A stretch of DNA of 63,863 nt, the filler included, from Octopus bimaculoides (lineage: Eukaryota): the NCBI RefSeq assembly GCF_001194135.2. It is 6 parts of 5 records of this genome, joined end to end, with 100 filler letters (N's around TTAATTAATTAA, not from the genome) between each part and the next. Parts side by side here need not be neighbours in the genome. Positions count along the whole stretch, not along the records: positions 10,880 to 36,759 come from NC_068993.1; positions 36,860 to 57,887 come from NC_068987.1; 4 more parts are not named here. The stretch is one strand, 5' to 3'. Below are positions 23,001 to 37,004 of the stretch, one piece after another. The stretch's first letter is position 1. Each line of letters starts with the position of its first letter. Below the pieces are notes generated by a model that searched no databases, was not told the origin of the DNA, and worked only from the letters and a program-made list of their open reading frames with translations. Made by a program: the position numbers and the translations under genes.

Positions 23001-26000
23001 TCATTTAAAGCCACCAGCCCCTCTTTCTTTCTCTCTCTTCTTTTCTTTTTCTCTCTCTCTCTCTCTCTCTCTTAGTCTAGTTATATTTTAGTATATCAGG
23101 CATTGCATACACACACACACACAGTGTGGTCATGTGGTTAAGAAGCTTGCTTTCTAACAGCTTGGTTTTGGGCTCAGTCCCATTGTGTGGCACCTTGGAC
23201 AAGTGTCTGCAACTATAGCCCTGGACTGACCAAGATCTTGTGAATGCATTTGGTAGATGAAAACTGAAAGAAGCCCATCGTATATGTATGCATGTATGTG
23301 TATACCTCTGTATTTGTATATGTCTAGAAACATTTATGCATCTATCTATGTATACCCTGTTTTCAATATATTTTATATTTACACCTCTGTCTATGCTTGC
23401 ATGTGGATCCATGAACATGCATGTGTGAACATGTATGGATACATGTGCATATGCATGTAACCATGTACACATTGTATTTACATTCAACAACACTCTCATT
23501 TATATATAGGTAAGTATGCATACACACACACACACATATATATATATATGTTTCTTAATTTTTCTTAATTCCCAATTTATTAATTGACCATTATAACAAC
23601 CAAACCATTTGAAAAATATACATTATCCACTTGACTTTATAATTGTTTTTTTTTAGTTTTTTTCCCAGAACAATCCGGGGAAATGCTGTCATCACCTATA
23701 TACAAATGTAAACCCCACTAATTTGAAACCAGTTTGGTAAGTACCAATGCACAAAACCCTCAGCCCAACAACCACTCTGTAACTTCTGCTGATTATATAT
23801 ATATAAATATATATATATATATTTGGAATTTGAAATCTGAAATCAAAATCGAACCGAATCCGACGACTGGCACCCATGCCAACCTCTCCTTCATTGGACA
23901 CTAAACTCTGCTTGCGAAGTCCTGTTGGGGTAAGTGAAATCGTAATTGAACCATACTCGATGACTAGCACCGCGCCAGTGGAGCACTAACAGCACTGTTG
24001 AGCGTGTTCATTGCCAGAGCAGCTGTCTGGCTTCCGTGCTAGTGGCCCATAAATAGCACCATTTGAGCGCAATCGTTACCAGTGTTGCCTTCTAGCACTT
24101 GTGCTGGTGGCACGTTAGAAAATTATTCGAGCAAGGTCGTTGCCAGTGCCACTGAACTGGCTCCTGTGCAGGTGGCACNNNNNNNNNNNNNNNNNNNNNN
24201 NNNNNNNNNNNNNNNNNNNNNNNNNNNNNNNNNNNNNNNNNNNNNNNNNNNNNNNNNNNNNNNNNNNNNNNNNNNNNNNNNNNNNNNNNNNNNNNNNNNN
24301 NNNNNNNNNNNNNNNNNNNNNNNNNNNNNNNNNNNNNNNNNNNNNNNNNNNNNNNNNNNNNNNNNNNNNNNNNNNNNNNNNNNGATGGACAAAGTGGGGG
24401 AACAATTCCTACCATTCAAGGGAAATAACTTTTAATTCCATCTTTTACAGAGATAATAAATGAGACGGGTGCCTCTTTATGCGACCATTTAAACAGTTAA
24501 AAATAACAGCGAAATCACTCTCGAACCACCCCTCTACAGACTTCAAAAGTAAAATGTCTACTACACAGAATGACGTAGTCCTTGATATACTATGTCAAAA
24601 AAAAAAAAAAAAAGAATACGGGTTTAGTCCGACTGTAACAGTTTTGATTTCTAAATTTGTTCAAGAATGAAGGTCAGAGTTCATAGCTTCGTAGGTTTAC
24701 GCCGACCAATGAACAGATTAATCAAAGTTTATTATTTTGAAAACGAAACATGGTAATAATTAAAACTGTTGTGTAATTAACATGCAAAGAAAGAAAATTA
24801 ATGACTATCTGTTCTTAGGTGACAGTGTGTTCTCGAGAGAGAAGGGAGAGAAATGCTACTGTTTTATAGAAACAATAGTTATAACGAGCGGAGGTGAAAA
24901 TAGATCTCGATTCTTTTGTAGATACTACAGCTTCTAGTTGGTTGATCAATATAGTCGATTGGACTGATCTTGGGATATAACTGGTATTTGACTTTATCGA
25001 ACATAGATGGATGAAAGACAAAGTCAACTTTGGTGAGATTTCAGCTCAGACAATGAAAGTTTTGTCTGTCACCAATTCTTACCAAATTAACCAACCTTTG
25101 TGAAAATATATTTTAATTGACTGTATGTTGCCAATTTAAATTGACTGTATGTTTCTGCCAAAGTCTGGTGTAAACTGTCAATGGTACACCAAATCCTTGA
25201 TGAGACTACAGAGCTGGAATAGTTTTATTTCTAAAAATTTCAATATTGAACATTGGCTGGCTTTGATCCTGCAGTGGTATACATTGCAGAGAGGAATAAA
25301 TTCATCACCTGATTATAAGCATTTGTAGACTTAGTCTTAATTCTCATTTAACTGATCCTACAGCCAGGTTTCAATCCTTAAAACTATTTCTATATCATTC
25401 CATTTTTAATCAACATGAACAGAACCTATAAGAAACTATCTATTTGTTAAGAGAGATGGATTAGACCTCTGCAGGTTGTTTCAACCAGTTAGAATTGTCT
25501 TTGAGACGTTTGTGATTTGTAATTAGTAGATGGCTTCTGAGGAGGTAAAGCTATCATCTTCTGGCAAAAGAAAATGGTTAAGTAGTGTATATATTCTTCT
25601 AAGAACCTAAAATTCCAAATTACTAGGTCTGTTCCGAGTAGAAACTTTATCTTAAGTCCTAATTTTTCTTCAAGAACAAATTACATACTGAAATTCAAAT
25701 TTAGAAGTTCTTCAACATGAGAAAGAATTTTTTTTCTGGAATTCTGTGTAGGAAATTAATTGGAAAGAGAGAGAGTCAAGAGATAAACAAAAACAAAAAT
25801 AAGTGAGAAAATAGAAACCTCTGTTTATTGAAATGATTTATCAACAGAAATAGCAAACTAGATTGGACTGCACTCATGCATCATTGGTCAACTTTATTGA
25901 GAGAATATCATTTAAGCAATAAAACTACAAAATATATTTTCAAAATAAAACAAGGTCAGCAGATGTCACTGTTCTTGATCAACATACAATTTCCGGTGAG

Positions 26001-27525
26001 TAGTATTGGTATCAATTCACAAATATTAACAATTAACATATACAGCTTCTAATACAAATAGGATATAAAAATAGAAATTAAAGCATTGAAAAAAAGTCCT
26101 ATTCAATGAAAAAAAAATAACATGCATACACACACACCTTTCTCAAGAGAAGAGCAACTATTCTTCATTGCAGGTATTAAAGCTATATAGCCTAAACAAA
26201 AATTCTTTTATAACTTGCAGGAATAATGAAATATTGCCATATATTATAAATATACTTTTAGATTTTACTCCTGCGTATAGAGTAAGCAAAATGCCAGTTC
26301 TATGACAAAAATAGAACTAATGACTGTTCTATAAAGGCCCAGATGACCAAATGAATAGACATAAACAGAGAACATATGGGTTGCTACATACCTAAAGAAT
26401 AAGGAAAAATATTTCTTTCAAAAAAAAAAAAACAACGCTATAATTTCTGGATTCAACTCGCTTCTGCATTTATGGATCAGCAAATGGATTGTAGTGAAAT
26501 TCCATCTGCTTCACAAGTTGCATGAAACCACCACACAACCATTTGAAAATTATTACTGGTTTTAAATGCATTTGCAGGATCCATGTTTGTGCATTCGTTC
26601 AGTTTATCCAAAAGCCAATAGTCTTGAACCATATTCCTTGATATCAAACTGCACATGAAGCAGGGAGAATTTTGTATAGTAGCAAAAAGGCACTAAATAT
26701 TTTGCTTCTGCCAAAACAGAAATCTGTGTAAAATAAAAGTAAAAGCAAATCTAGGTTCCATCTTTTATGATATTCTATGGAAAAGTAACCCTTATTTCCA
26801 ATAGACAACTACACTGCAGGTAACGGACCAGTTCATTGTGAGACTCATAGTAACCCTGACCCCACAAATATCAAGAGAGTCCCCATAGATATTTAGAATT
26901 TCTTGATGTTTTAGAGATTAAAATGTCAAGTTGGACAAAGACAATATTTTCTCAAAGAAAAAAATTAATAAAATGGTATTCCATGATGGTTCTTGATGTC
27001 TTCCCAGAAACTAAACAATAGTTCCAAGATTTGAAACAACCAAAATCCTCAGCCAGTACTTATCTATAATAATAATATATGGGTTTTAATATAAGCAAAA
27101 GCCCAGAAATATGAGGGAGGGGTTAGCAAAATCAACACCATTACTTGCCAGGTACTTTATCAACCCTCTTGCCATCAATTTCATGGCTCTTGGCATTTTA
27201 TCTGCCTCCACCATAGCATTGTCAGTGTGTGTACACATAAATGTCCATGAATTGGCAGTCATTAGAGCATCAGACAAAATACCTTGTGGTATTCACTCCA
27301 GCCATCTACATTCAATTTTGTTTCCCATCCCTTCAGGGGGGAATAACCACTACAGACGCAGTCAATTATCTTCCACTCATTCAATCCCATTTACTGTCAC
27401 TGTCTCTCAGCAGTGGCTAGATCTGGAGATGACACAGCACCAGGGACTATGAGACCCTTATCATAATTATAGTTTGGTGGAGTTCTACTTTGGTACAGCA
27501 CTGGCATCAGAAGTATCCGGATAAT

Positions 27526-27562
<37 letters not shown>

Positions 27563-29162
27563 CACACATATATACATACATACACAGAGCAATGTGTATT
27601 TTATTTCCAATGAGTGTAACTTTACTTTATTATCATCATCATCATCATCATCGTTTAACGTCTGCCTGATGATGATGATGATGATTTTGTTAGTTTGAAT
27701 ATCTAGCTCTCCTCTGATAAAGCAAAATATTCCACTTACAAAAGTCACAAGGAACTCATAGATTGATTACAGATTTGGCATTTCAAACAATTAATGAAAG
27801 AATTTCAAATATAAATTTGTAAAAGATTCAGAAGTGATTTTAAGTTAAGGTGGGCAATTATAAATTTCTTTGGTCATCTAAAATAATATTCACAACTCTT
27901 TTTCAATAATTTATTTTGAAGAAAAAGAATTTGTGTAACTCAAAATGAACGGAAGACAAAAAAAAAAAATTTTTTTTCACAAATATTTGAAGATTTATAT
28001 CTGAAATTCTTTTTAGTAACTAGGAAAATATCATTTTAGTAATTTAATATTTTGATTATAATCTTTGAAAATATTATATAAATAATTTAATATTTTGATT
28101 ACAGACATTATTTCAAGATTTTAAATGTCTTTAATTTTCAACTATTGCATGCAAATTTTGGTGGGAGCTGTTGACATCAGAAACAGGATTGGAAATAATT
28201 CTATAAAATAAAGAACGGACTGTCACAGAATGGGAAATATCAGAGAGAGAATAGGATGTAGTCAGATGTTTTTAACATCATCATTATTAGATCAGCAGTG
28301 AATAAATGTTGCCAATGGAGACCAGAGACAGCAGTTGTTTGGTAAGGGAGACATCTTTAATTAAAAAATAAAGACTTACAACTGTTGTTTAGATCTATTT
28401 TTTTCACTGCCATTGTAATTGTTCTAAAGTGAGGGGGGAGGGAAACTATCAAAGTTTATTTATTTTCTGGTTTCACAAGAATTTCTGCAAGTTATTATTT
28501 TGATAGATCAATTTCTAAAAACTAAACAAGCTTGAAATTTCTTGGAAAAATACTTAGAAAATAATAATGGAGGATACATATATATATATATATATGTGTG
28601 TATGTGTGTATATATATATATATACATATATATAGTTTATAATGTGATGATAGCAGAAACTTAATTTGTTCACAACAGCTGAGTGAATGTTCATATGAAG
28701 TTTATAAAAACAGTTCATGTTTAGATTTAGCAAATGTGATGGATCATAGAAAAGAAGTTGTTTCAATATTAAAAAAAAAAATAACAATTTTGTTTTGATT
28801 AAATTCCTCAGACCAAAAGAGTTAACAAATTCTTACAATATCTCGTATAAATCTAAATTTTTTTTTTATCAAAAAAAAAAATAATAATAATAATTTCATC
28901 CAGTTAAGACTGATGATTTATAAGTTAATCAGTCTTTTATCAGCAGTAGAATAGAATTTTAAAATGGAAATTTCAAAACAATATTTTTGCTTTTAATACT
29001 TGTACAGAATTGTTCCTGAAAGCCATCAGGACCAATGTTACTTCTTGATTCTTCAAATAAACAAATTAAGAAAACATTAAATTAATTTTCAATTAAGAAT
29101 AGATAGAACTTGTGTGCAGCCATTGACTGCAAAGCTTTCATACAAAACTGATTAAGAGTTCT

Positions 29163-29417
29163 CTACTTAGATTTCTTATCAATATTATTTCCAACAACAC
29201 CATTGAGATTAGATGTCTTCTGTGTGGAGATTCCAGTCCTGGATTCTTGGCATGTTGCAACTTTTGGCTTTGATCGGTAGGTCTTGTGGAAATAATCAGA
29301 AAACAGGATCAGGAAAATAACTGCATACAGGGCTATCCAGTAAGCAAATACTTTGGGATAGTTACAAGGAATAAACAGGAGTTGGGAGGCATGAATAAAT
29401 ACAAATATGAATTGTGT
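29163..29417 (-). CDS. ELOVL terminal coding exon 7 ([22 protein letters not shown]...NNIDKKSK*)
   Basis: TTTTCAG| acceptor, 255 nt to TAG; ends in KKSK, a KKxx ER-retrieval motif. Confidence 0.95.
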   Translation of the reverse strand, partial: TQFIFVFIHASQLLFIPCNYPKVFAYWIALYAVIFLILFSDYFHKTYRSKPKVATCQESRTGISTQKTSNLNGVVGNNIDKKSK

Positions 29418-32400
29418 CTGAAAAGAAAATAGAAAAAGAAAAACTTAAAATGAAGCAGAGATCAGTGGTAATTATGGAACTGGAAGCTGGATTCTAATTG
29501 TCCAAATTAATTTATACTTTTACAAACATTTTACTAAAACAATAAAAACTGTTGTCAAAGAAGGATTCACATTTAAAGCTAGGAAAACATTAACAACACA
29601 ATACAAAGTAGTTACAAGGAAGATTCTACAGACTTTTGGTCAACAACAGATGTTTGTAGCCATATCACTGATCCAGATTCTCTACACACAAGCTGGGTTT
29701 AACTCTCTCTCTCTTACTTTTCACCCTCTCATTGTAATACACACATCTGTAACTTTCAATGTATGTGTACTAAGCTCTGTGTGTGTAGGGACACCATCAT
29801 TCACAGTTGTGTATGCATGTACATACATATTTACTTTAGTGTATATTTGTGACTTCATATGTGTGATCATGGCAACACACACAGCTGAGTTTATTATGTA
29901 CATATCTGAGTACACGTGACTAAATTTAGTCCTCTGAAGTACCAACACATTTCAGTCCATCAGAATACCGAGATACTAATCTCTGACCCATGGAAATGCT
30001 GTGTCCATTCTCTGCCTTTTCTACCACAACTACATTGGCCTCTTTTCTTTTCAGCTGACCAATCTCATCCTCTTCACTCAGACACTCTTCTTTCACACAT
30101 CACTCCCCACCCCAGTCTACTCTCCACAATAAATATTTTGGTCCCTTGAAATCTGCTCCCCTCCCTAGTTTTTTCTCTTTTCCTACCAATTCTTATGACC
30201 CCTACTAAGCCTGTCAGGGCCAACAGACCAGATGCTTCTTCCTCTTAACCAATCCAACTTTTAGAAATTCCACACCAAACTACTTACAATTTGTAATGAA
30301 GTCATATACCATTTCCACCAAAGATATTTCTTGAAATTGGGTCCGGCTGCTGCTAATCCGTAATATACATACATAACAAGGTGAATAAATGAATTTAACA
30401 TCGCATGGAAAGTTCCAAAACCTCCTGGAAAAGAAAAATAATTTTGTTTTAATTAATTTCCAGACACTGACAATAAGAGGAATTTTTTTTTTTTTTATTC
30501 TGGAATTTTGTTGAATGAGGGAAGGGAGATAACTACATTGTTTCCACCAGCTATGAAGTCTGGTCGTCCGAGTTGCTAGAAATAGCAGCCAAATTTCCAG
30601 TCAATGTGATTTAACGTCTTTTTTCCATGTTCTGCATAGATCAGACAGAATTTTGTACTATGCAGTGGAATTGAACCCAAAATTATGTGTTTGACAAATA
30701 ACCTTCTTCACCACACAGTCACACCTGTGCCAATGTCAGATACTCCAATCTGAAACTGGATTTTTATCATAGGGTCTGCTCAATCAAAGTTGACTAAGGG
30801 TTAAACAACAACAACATCCAATGAGTAAACCACTTGCATAGTCATTCAACATTGTAGAAACAACAGCCAAATCTCCCTTAAATCACCATCTAATAAATGG
30901 AAGGACACTATGGATAGCAGATGCAATGCTTAACAACAACAGTTGAAATGCCACTGAAATCTCACAAGGATTAAGTTTTTACTAGAATTACCAAGAAAAA
31001 ATTTATGAAATCAAAAATTTACCTGGGACAAATTTTACTCCAAACCACCATGAGACTGGCATGATGCCATGATGGAAGACATGAAGGAAAGAGACTTGAT
31101 TTAGTTTCTTTCTCAAAATAAAGAATATCTGCAATTAAAATGTTTTCTTGGTTTAATATCTTCAAATGGAGCCATCTTTAATTAATTTATTGTTTATTTA
31201 AATATTCAAACACAAGATCAAATGTTTTTACCATTAAAAATTCAAGTTACATCGATAAGATTACAAGCGATACAAATATATTGCAGACATGACCAAATCC
31301 AACAGAATTTAACTCTGTTGCCTGGGGACAGAGTCCATTAACAGACATTGGAACTTGGCCATCAACTTGCTGAATTTACTAACAAATTTTGGGAGAGATT
31401 TTAAAATATACAACTGTGACATAGTGTAATTTTTGTTTCCATCCTGAGGTCAATGCAAGAAGTTTACTGCATCGTAACCTGGTTTCAGTCTAATTCTTGG
31501 TCGTTTTCTATTAAAGCCTTGAGTTAAAATGGGAAACGAAATTTGGCTGATGGGAATAGTGTAGATATTTAATAGAAGAAGTGTGTCTGTGGTTAAATGA
31601 CTGTGTGAGAGTGGTAGTGTGATATGATTTGTCATCCAGTTAATCCCAACTACCTGGCCCTTTAGGGTCTTTAGCAGAGTCTCGTCTGCTGCAAGGATTT
31701 TGGTCAAGTCTCTGATCTGAGTTGGACTTCCTCCTTTCCTCATTCTAGTCTTGGAAATCCTGAAAAGAGCCATTGGTGTTGCCCTTCTCCATCTACGTAT
31801 AAGTATAAAAAAAAAAAAGGTGGTGGATGGTTAATGAGTTCCATACCATGTAATGTTGAGTGAAACCACCATGGGAACAACAACAACAACACTAACAGCC
31901 CATTGCAGAGCCGAATGCGAGTCTTGTTGCAAAACTATATCTTATCATGAAAGAGATTCTGACCAACTTGTTTTAACCAAAACAAGTTTAAGCAGACCAC
32001 ATGTCTGCCTCAATATATTTCTCTAAAAAAAACACCAGATACAATAATGAGTTTCATTTGAAACTGTTTTGTTAATTTAGCCAACTCTTTTGTCACCCAA
32101 ACTAAATATGTAAAGTAGTAGTAACAGGTACAACACAATAACTGCACAAGTCTGGAGTTTGATTACCTTAATTAAAAAGGTCAATAAGGGAACAACCTGC
32201 TAGAAATAGCAGCAATATTTCCTTTAAATCACACCTTATTGTCTTAGGGAGTTGGGTAATGAGAGCCTGGGATTCCTGCATATATAAAAAAGCTAGGATA
32301 GCCCCATATCAGCTCAGAACTGACCAGGGGTTAAAAAACAGCCTAATTTATAAAATTGTTAAAACTAAAAAGAAATTTAAAGAATCAGTGAAGTGTGAAA

Positions 32401-35066
32401 TCAAATTTGGTATTTTAAAATAAAAAATTGTTTCAAATTTAAATTTTAAGATACCATAAAAACTTCCAGTGTGTGTGGAACACCTTGGATGTTTTCTGTT
32501 GCAGCCTTGATTTATCTAAACCATTGCTAAAACAGGCTTCTCTCAGACTTTTTCTATCAAGATTTAAATGGAAAAAGTTCTTGAGAGAGAATAAGTAAAA
32601 CCAGAAATAACTAACCTTAGTGGCAGAAAAGGCGTTTTTAATATTTTAAATTACATTTAGGAAATATATTTCTAAAATGTTATTTGATTTTAAATTAAGT
32701 TTTTATACAATTTACCAGGATTTCAAGCCATCTTTCAATAGAAACTAATTTTGGTTAATGAAATATAAAAAGAGGAATCTTACCGTATCAAAAAGTTCAA
32801 TAAATTTAGAAAAATAGAACCACCAACAGGCTGCTGCCATCTGTTGGAGAAAATAGAAAGGAAAATCAAAATATATCCATTTATGTTATCCCAATTTTCA
32901 TGTCATTTCATTTCCATATATTCTCTTGCTGATTATGGAGCAAGAAAGAAATGTTAAGATAGAAGTTGGGGAAGAAATTATTATTATTAAGGCAGCATGC
33001 TGGACAAAATGCTTAGTGGTATTTCGCTTGCCACTACGTTCTGAGTTCAAATTCTGCTGAGGTTGACTTTGCTTTTCATCCTTTCAGGGTTGATAAATTA
33101 AGTACCAGTGAAACACTGGGGTCGATGTAATTGACTTAATCCCCTCCCATAAGCTCCCTTGTGGCAAAAATTTGAAATCATTATTATTATTATTAAGGCA
33201 TCGTGCTGGACAAACTGCTTAGTGATATTGCGCCTGTCACTATGTTCAGAGTTCAAATTCCACTGAGGTCAACTTTACCTTACATTCTTTGGGGGTCAAT
33301 GTAATCAACTCATCCCCTCCCCTAAACTTGCTGCCCTTGTGGCAAAATTCAAAACCATTATTTATGGAAAATAAAATTTTGAAGAGTAACTCACCCTCAT
33401 GGCTTGTGTAGATCGAGAATAGTCAACTGGTTGACATCGTATACTGTAACCAGCAAACCAGCCAGATGATATGAACTAAAATATTAAAACAAGTATTTAT
33501 AATATGTTTGAGAAGAAAATGATTGGAAAAGTGAATTTGATGTTGGTGAATATATTTGTGACAGTAAACGGTAAAAGATAGGAGTCCGAAGTAAAATATT
33601 TCACTTGGTGAAAGATGGTTGAGCAAGACAAGGGCAGAGAGAGATTGTATGGACCCAGTGGTTCATTAAAAACAGTAATAAATTAATAATACAAACTGAC
33701 TGTTTCTAATTGCTATTGTAACTAGGTCAAAACATGTTTTAACCATCTTTTACAACAATAAATAGCAAATGGAATAAAAGAATTTTTAAAATTTTGCTGA
33801 CCCAAAGAAATAATTCTTTATCGTGGATTCTACAGTTATAAAAAACAGCAATTTGCCTCATATTATGCACAAAATATTCTGGGTCAAATCACACCCTACC
33901 ATGTGTCTAGTGGAGTGCTGCATGACTTAGTAGGGTATTGCTTGTTGGTAAGGGGTTGATTCAATAATTCAAATAAAGACATATCACACCTGTGCCAGGT
34001 GAGAAACAAATTAGAACACTTACCTCTTCTAATATATATGCAGATAATAAAACCATTGCAATGTTGTAAACAAGCATGACATTACGAATTTCAAAGGGTT
34101 TTCGGTTGGCCATGAATATGGGTCCAACTTTAGTAATGACCATATAGACCAGACATATAAGGAAACTAGGGACAGGTGAAGACATCATGAACCAATCAGC
34201 AACACGGGGATCTGTCGGATGATAAACATACACACATGAGAAATACATCAGAACCATCATCATTGTGTGTGCTAATTAGTCTAAAAGTCTAAAAACAGAT
34301 ACTGATCAAATAATTTTCCATGGAAACATATGTTTGTGATACATTATACGACTATAATATCAACACCATGGCTATATGAAACCAGGAAACCAGGAGGTAA
34401 GAGTAATACATATTTAAGCATGTGGCTTCCCTAGGATTACAGCCATTTTGTAAACACCTTCTGGTAGAATTCCAAAATGCAAGAAATTATCCCAGTCACA
34501 GCTCAGGGTTGCCATAGCTGTGATTGGCAAAGTTCACATCTCCATCCTTTTATTTTAAGGGCTCAGTTCATAAAAGGGAGGGGCAGCATCCATTACTCTT
34601 TTTCCCAGGGCCTCTGTGAGTGATGAGAGAAAGGAGAGAGAAAATTATTCTCAGACCAGAAACTCAATGGGATCAGCCAAAAAGTATGTGGAGCTGGTAA
34701 ACAGGAAAACAAATTAAGACCACCACCCAAGAACAGGAAAGGCTCACATAGTTTCCTTTTATTAAATTTCACTTCCAAAGCTTTGGTCAACCGAAGGCCA
34801 CGGTAGAAAATACAAAGCGTAGAGGGATTGAACTTACGACTGTGTAACTGTGAAGCGAACCACACAAACATATCTGTAGCCATACATTTAAATCACTTTT
34901 GACTCTTGGATACATCAGGACAAATTGGAATTGGATAAAACAACGAATAAAGAATTTTTTAAATCTCTTTTAAGGACTTGATTGGAATAGTTGCAACAAT
35001 GTAATACTTACCTCCCTTCTGCATCACTTCATCATAGACTTTCGCAGCAGTTGTCATCCACAACAT
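29163..35066 (-). CDS. ELOVL7: Elongation of very long chain fatty acids protein, ELOVL1/7-like; 7 coding exons, 879 nt, 292 aa
   Basis: Manually spliced exons: 35066-35012, 34211-34024, 33475-33395, 32840-32784, 31128-31023, 30424-30288, 29417-29163. All are GT-AG, with matching phases and no internal stop. The protein runs [31 protein letters not shown]...[67 protein letters not shown]...TSLQITQF...DKKSK*. WWFGVKFxPGGxGTFHA points to the ELOVL1/7 group; exact orthology needs a phylogeny. Confidence 0.95.
30288..30424 (-). CDS. ELOVL coding exon 6 ([45 protein letters not shown])
   Basis: TTTCCAG| acceptor, ATT|GTAAGT donor, 137 nt, NxxxHxxMYxYY and TxxQ motifs. Confidence 0.97.
31023..31128 (-). 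CDS. ELOVL coding exon 5 ([36 protein letters not shown])
   Basis: TTGCAG| acceptor, CAG|GTAAAT donor, 106 nt, catalytic histidine box HxxHH. Confidence 0.97.
32784..32840 (-). CDS. ELOVL coding exon 4 ([19 protein letters not shown])
   Basis: CAACAG| acceptor, ACG|GTAAGA donor, 57 nt, KxxExxDT motif. Confidence 0.96.
32990..33360 (+). mobile_element. Two tandem SINE family B copies in ELOVL intron 3 (antisense to the gene)
   Basis: AAGGCA(G/T)C(A/G)TGCTGGACAAA...GAGTTCAAATT occurs twice, at about 32990 and 33195. Confidence 0.85.
33395..33475 (-). CDS. ELOVL coding exon 3 ([27 protein letters not shown])
   Basis: TTTTAG| acceptor, AGG|GTGAGT donor, 81 nt, GY...CQPVDYS motif. Confidence 0.96.
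34024..34211 (-). CDS. ELOVL coding exon 2 ([13 protein letters not shown]...[15 protein letters not shown])
   Basis: Acceptor ACAG| and donor GAG|GTAAGT; 188 nt; DPRV..W and KPF..R....YN elongase motifs. Confidence 0.96.
35012..35066 (-). CDS. ELOVL coding exon 1 ([18 protein letters not shown], phase 1); exon probably begins at 35095 in the 5' UTR
   Basis: ATG at 35066, donor GAG|GTAAGT at 35012/35011, upstream acceptor TTTAG at 35096. Joins G+AT to give the conserved G-DPRV. Confidence 0.88.
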
Positions 35067-37004
35067 TTTGAAACTTTTCTGCTGACTTCAAGAATCTAAA
35101 TATCAAAGAATTCCAATAAAAGAATCTGAAACCAATTTCTGTAGTAACAGATGCAAAGAACACAGCAACAAGTGACAAGTAATAGATGAAAATAGAACCA
35201 GTGTCTCTAAGGTGAGAGTACCTCGTAGTAGATTCCACAAGTTTCTTTCAATAAAATTTAATAAAATTTATTTTATAACAAATTCTATTTAGCAATTTCA
35301 AAATAATGTTTTTGTTGTTTTTTAAATAGGAATTAATTCTCTAAAACCATTTTTGCTTCATTTAATGTTTTATTTAATTAAATTTAAAATTAAGGTGGTG
35401 GGAAATATAGGTAAGGGTTCTGCAATTTGGGGTAAAAAATCATAGAAGAGAGCTGTGAGGAGGTTCACAGTTCTAAGACTAATGTAACGGATCACAAGTT
35501 TTTCATTTAATATTGTAGAAATATTGTCAAAATGGTCAATGAAGATTAATCGTATCTACGACACAAAGTCCATTCATTCAGTCAGGTGAGTTAGGCTCGT
35601 GAGAACCTGATTGACAAGTGTGTGGGTGTGTCTACACCTTAACTATGGGAAGACTAAATACTAGAGATGGTAGATGTTTGGGGGTGGTGGTCATCTTGAG
35701 TTACAAGTACTCTGGAGATTGTTCGATCTGGCCATTTAGTTGACCTCTCAAAGACCAAACTACCTCAAAAGTTCTTTAGCCCCAAGCTGATATTGATCAA
35801 GTAGACCTATTATCAATAGCATTCCAACCATGACGTTAACATATATTTTCAGATATATTCGTTTCAATGATATTTTCTATATCTAAATATGTCAATACAA
35901 CAGAAACAATTGTTGGTTTCGTATCGGGAACTCTACAAGATGGGATTTTCTCATATTTTTGTTGTCTGATACTCTGAATTACTTGAAATTTTTCTAAATA
36001 TTTGGATCTATTTGAGGAATTACCTTGGATTTATTGCATTTATTGGTTTTTGATTGATATAATTAACCAAATTCATTTTAAACCAAGTACTTTATTGATT
36101 ATCTACCCGAATTTTTTAATCCTTTTTTTCTTATATATATATATACACACTCCAGCCATTTGGTTCGCCAGTCCTCAGTCAAATCGTCCAACCCATGCTA
36201 GCATGGAAAGCGGACGTTAAATGATGATGATGATATATATACAATTTTATACACAGACAGCTAAACTTGAGTACATCTCAACACTATTCACTCAACAACC
36301 TGTCGGTGTGTCTATGAATTTCAGGTAAAGAACTTTAGCAGCTAATCCCCTTTGATGCGCTTGTCTGGGATGGTGACACTGCATATTAGACTTAATAGTG
36401 GCTCATTATGTATATATATATATATATCTGTATATATATAAAAGATATATATATAAAGGCATTGTTTCGTCCAATATAGGAGTGACAGATCGTTTTTATA
36501 AAAATGATAAAACAAGTTGTTTTTTTTTTACAAATTGAACTTAATATTACTCGTATTGTTATACCTAAAATTTCATATTTTATACACTCAAACCATTAAT
36601 AAATACATATTTGAAGTATTATCGTCCGAAAAAATTTAACCACGTTCGTATTCCGGTTTCTGTTAGTATTTTCTTTTGGAGTTACGGTCATAATACGAAA
36701 TGCCAATCGATATAGATTATAGGGAGGAATTAATGAAGCGACCCCAAACCATACAGACANNNNNNNNNNNNNNNNNNNNNNNNNNNNNNNNNNNNNNNNN
36801 NNNTTAATTAATTAANNNNNNNNNNNNNNNNNNNNNNNNNNNNNNNNNNNNNNNNNNNNATAGTATTGTATATAATCTTTAAATTAATTTTTCATATATT
36901 TAACCAGTAATTTTTAAACCTTTAAGCTACTTCCCCTTTTATGTTTGTCTGTCCTTGTGTGTCCCCTCTTTGTAACGCCTCAAAATGGCGAACGTTATGA
37001 AATA

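Noticed and set aside
23670-23712. TIRGNAVITYIQM as an Sm/LSm Sm2 motif
   Set aside because: The spacing is off and no Sm1-motif exon was found upstream.
27086-27452. Overlapping ORFs downstream of ELOVL
   Set aside because: No recognisable family or splice structure; at best a very decayed LINE RT fragment.
31654-31759. 106-nt AG/GT-bounded segment in ELOVL intron 4, the same length as the HxxHH exon (possible mutually exclusive exon)
   Set aside because: In the required phase it reads DFQD* and has no similarity to the His-box exon; at most a poison exon, and unsupported.
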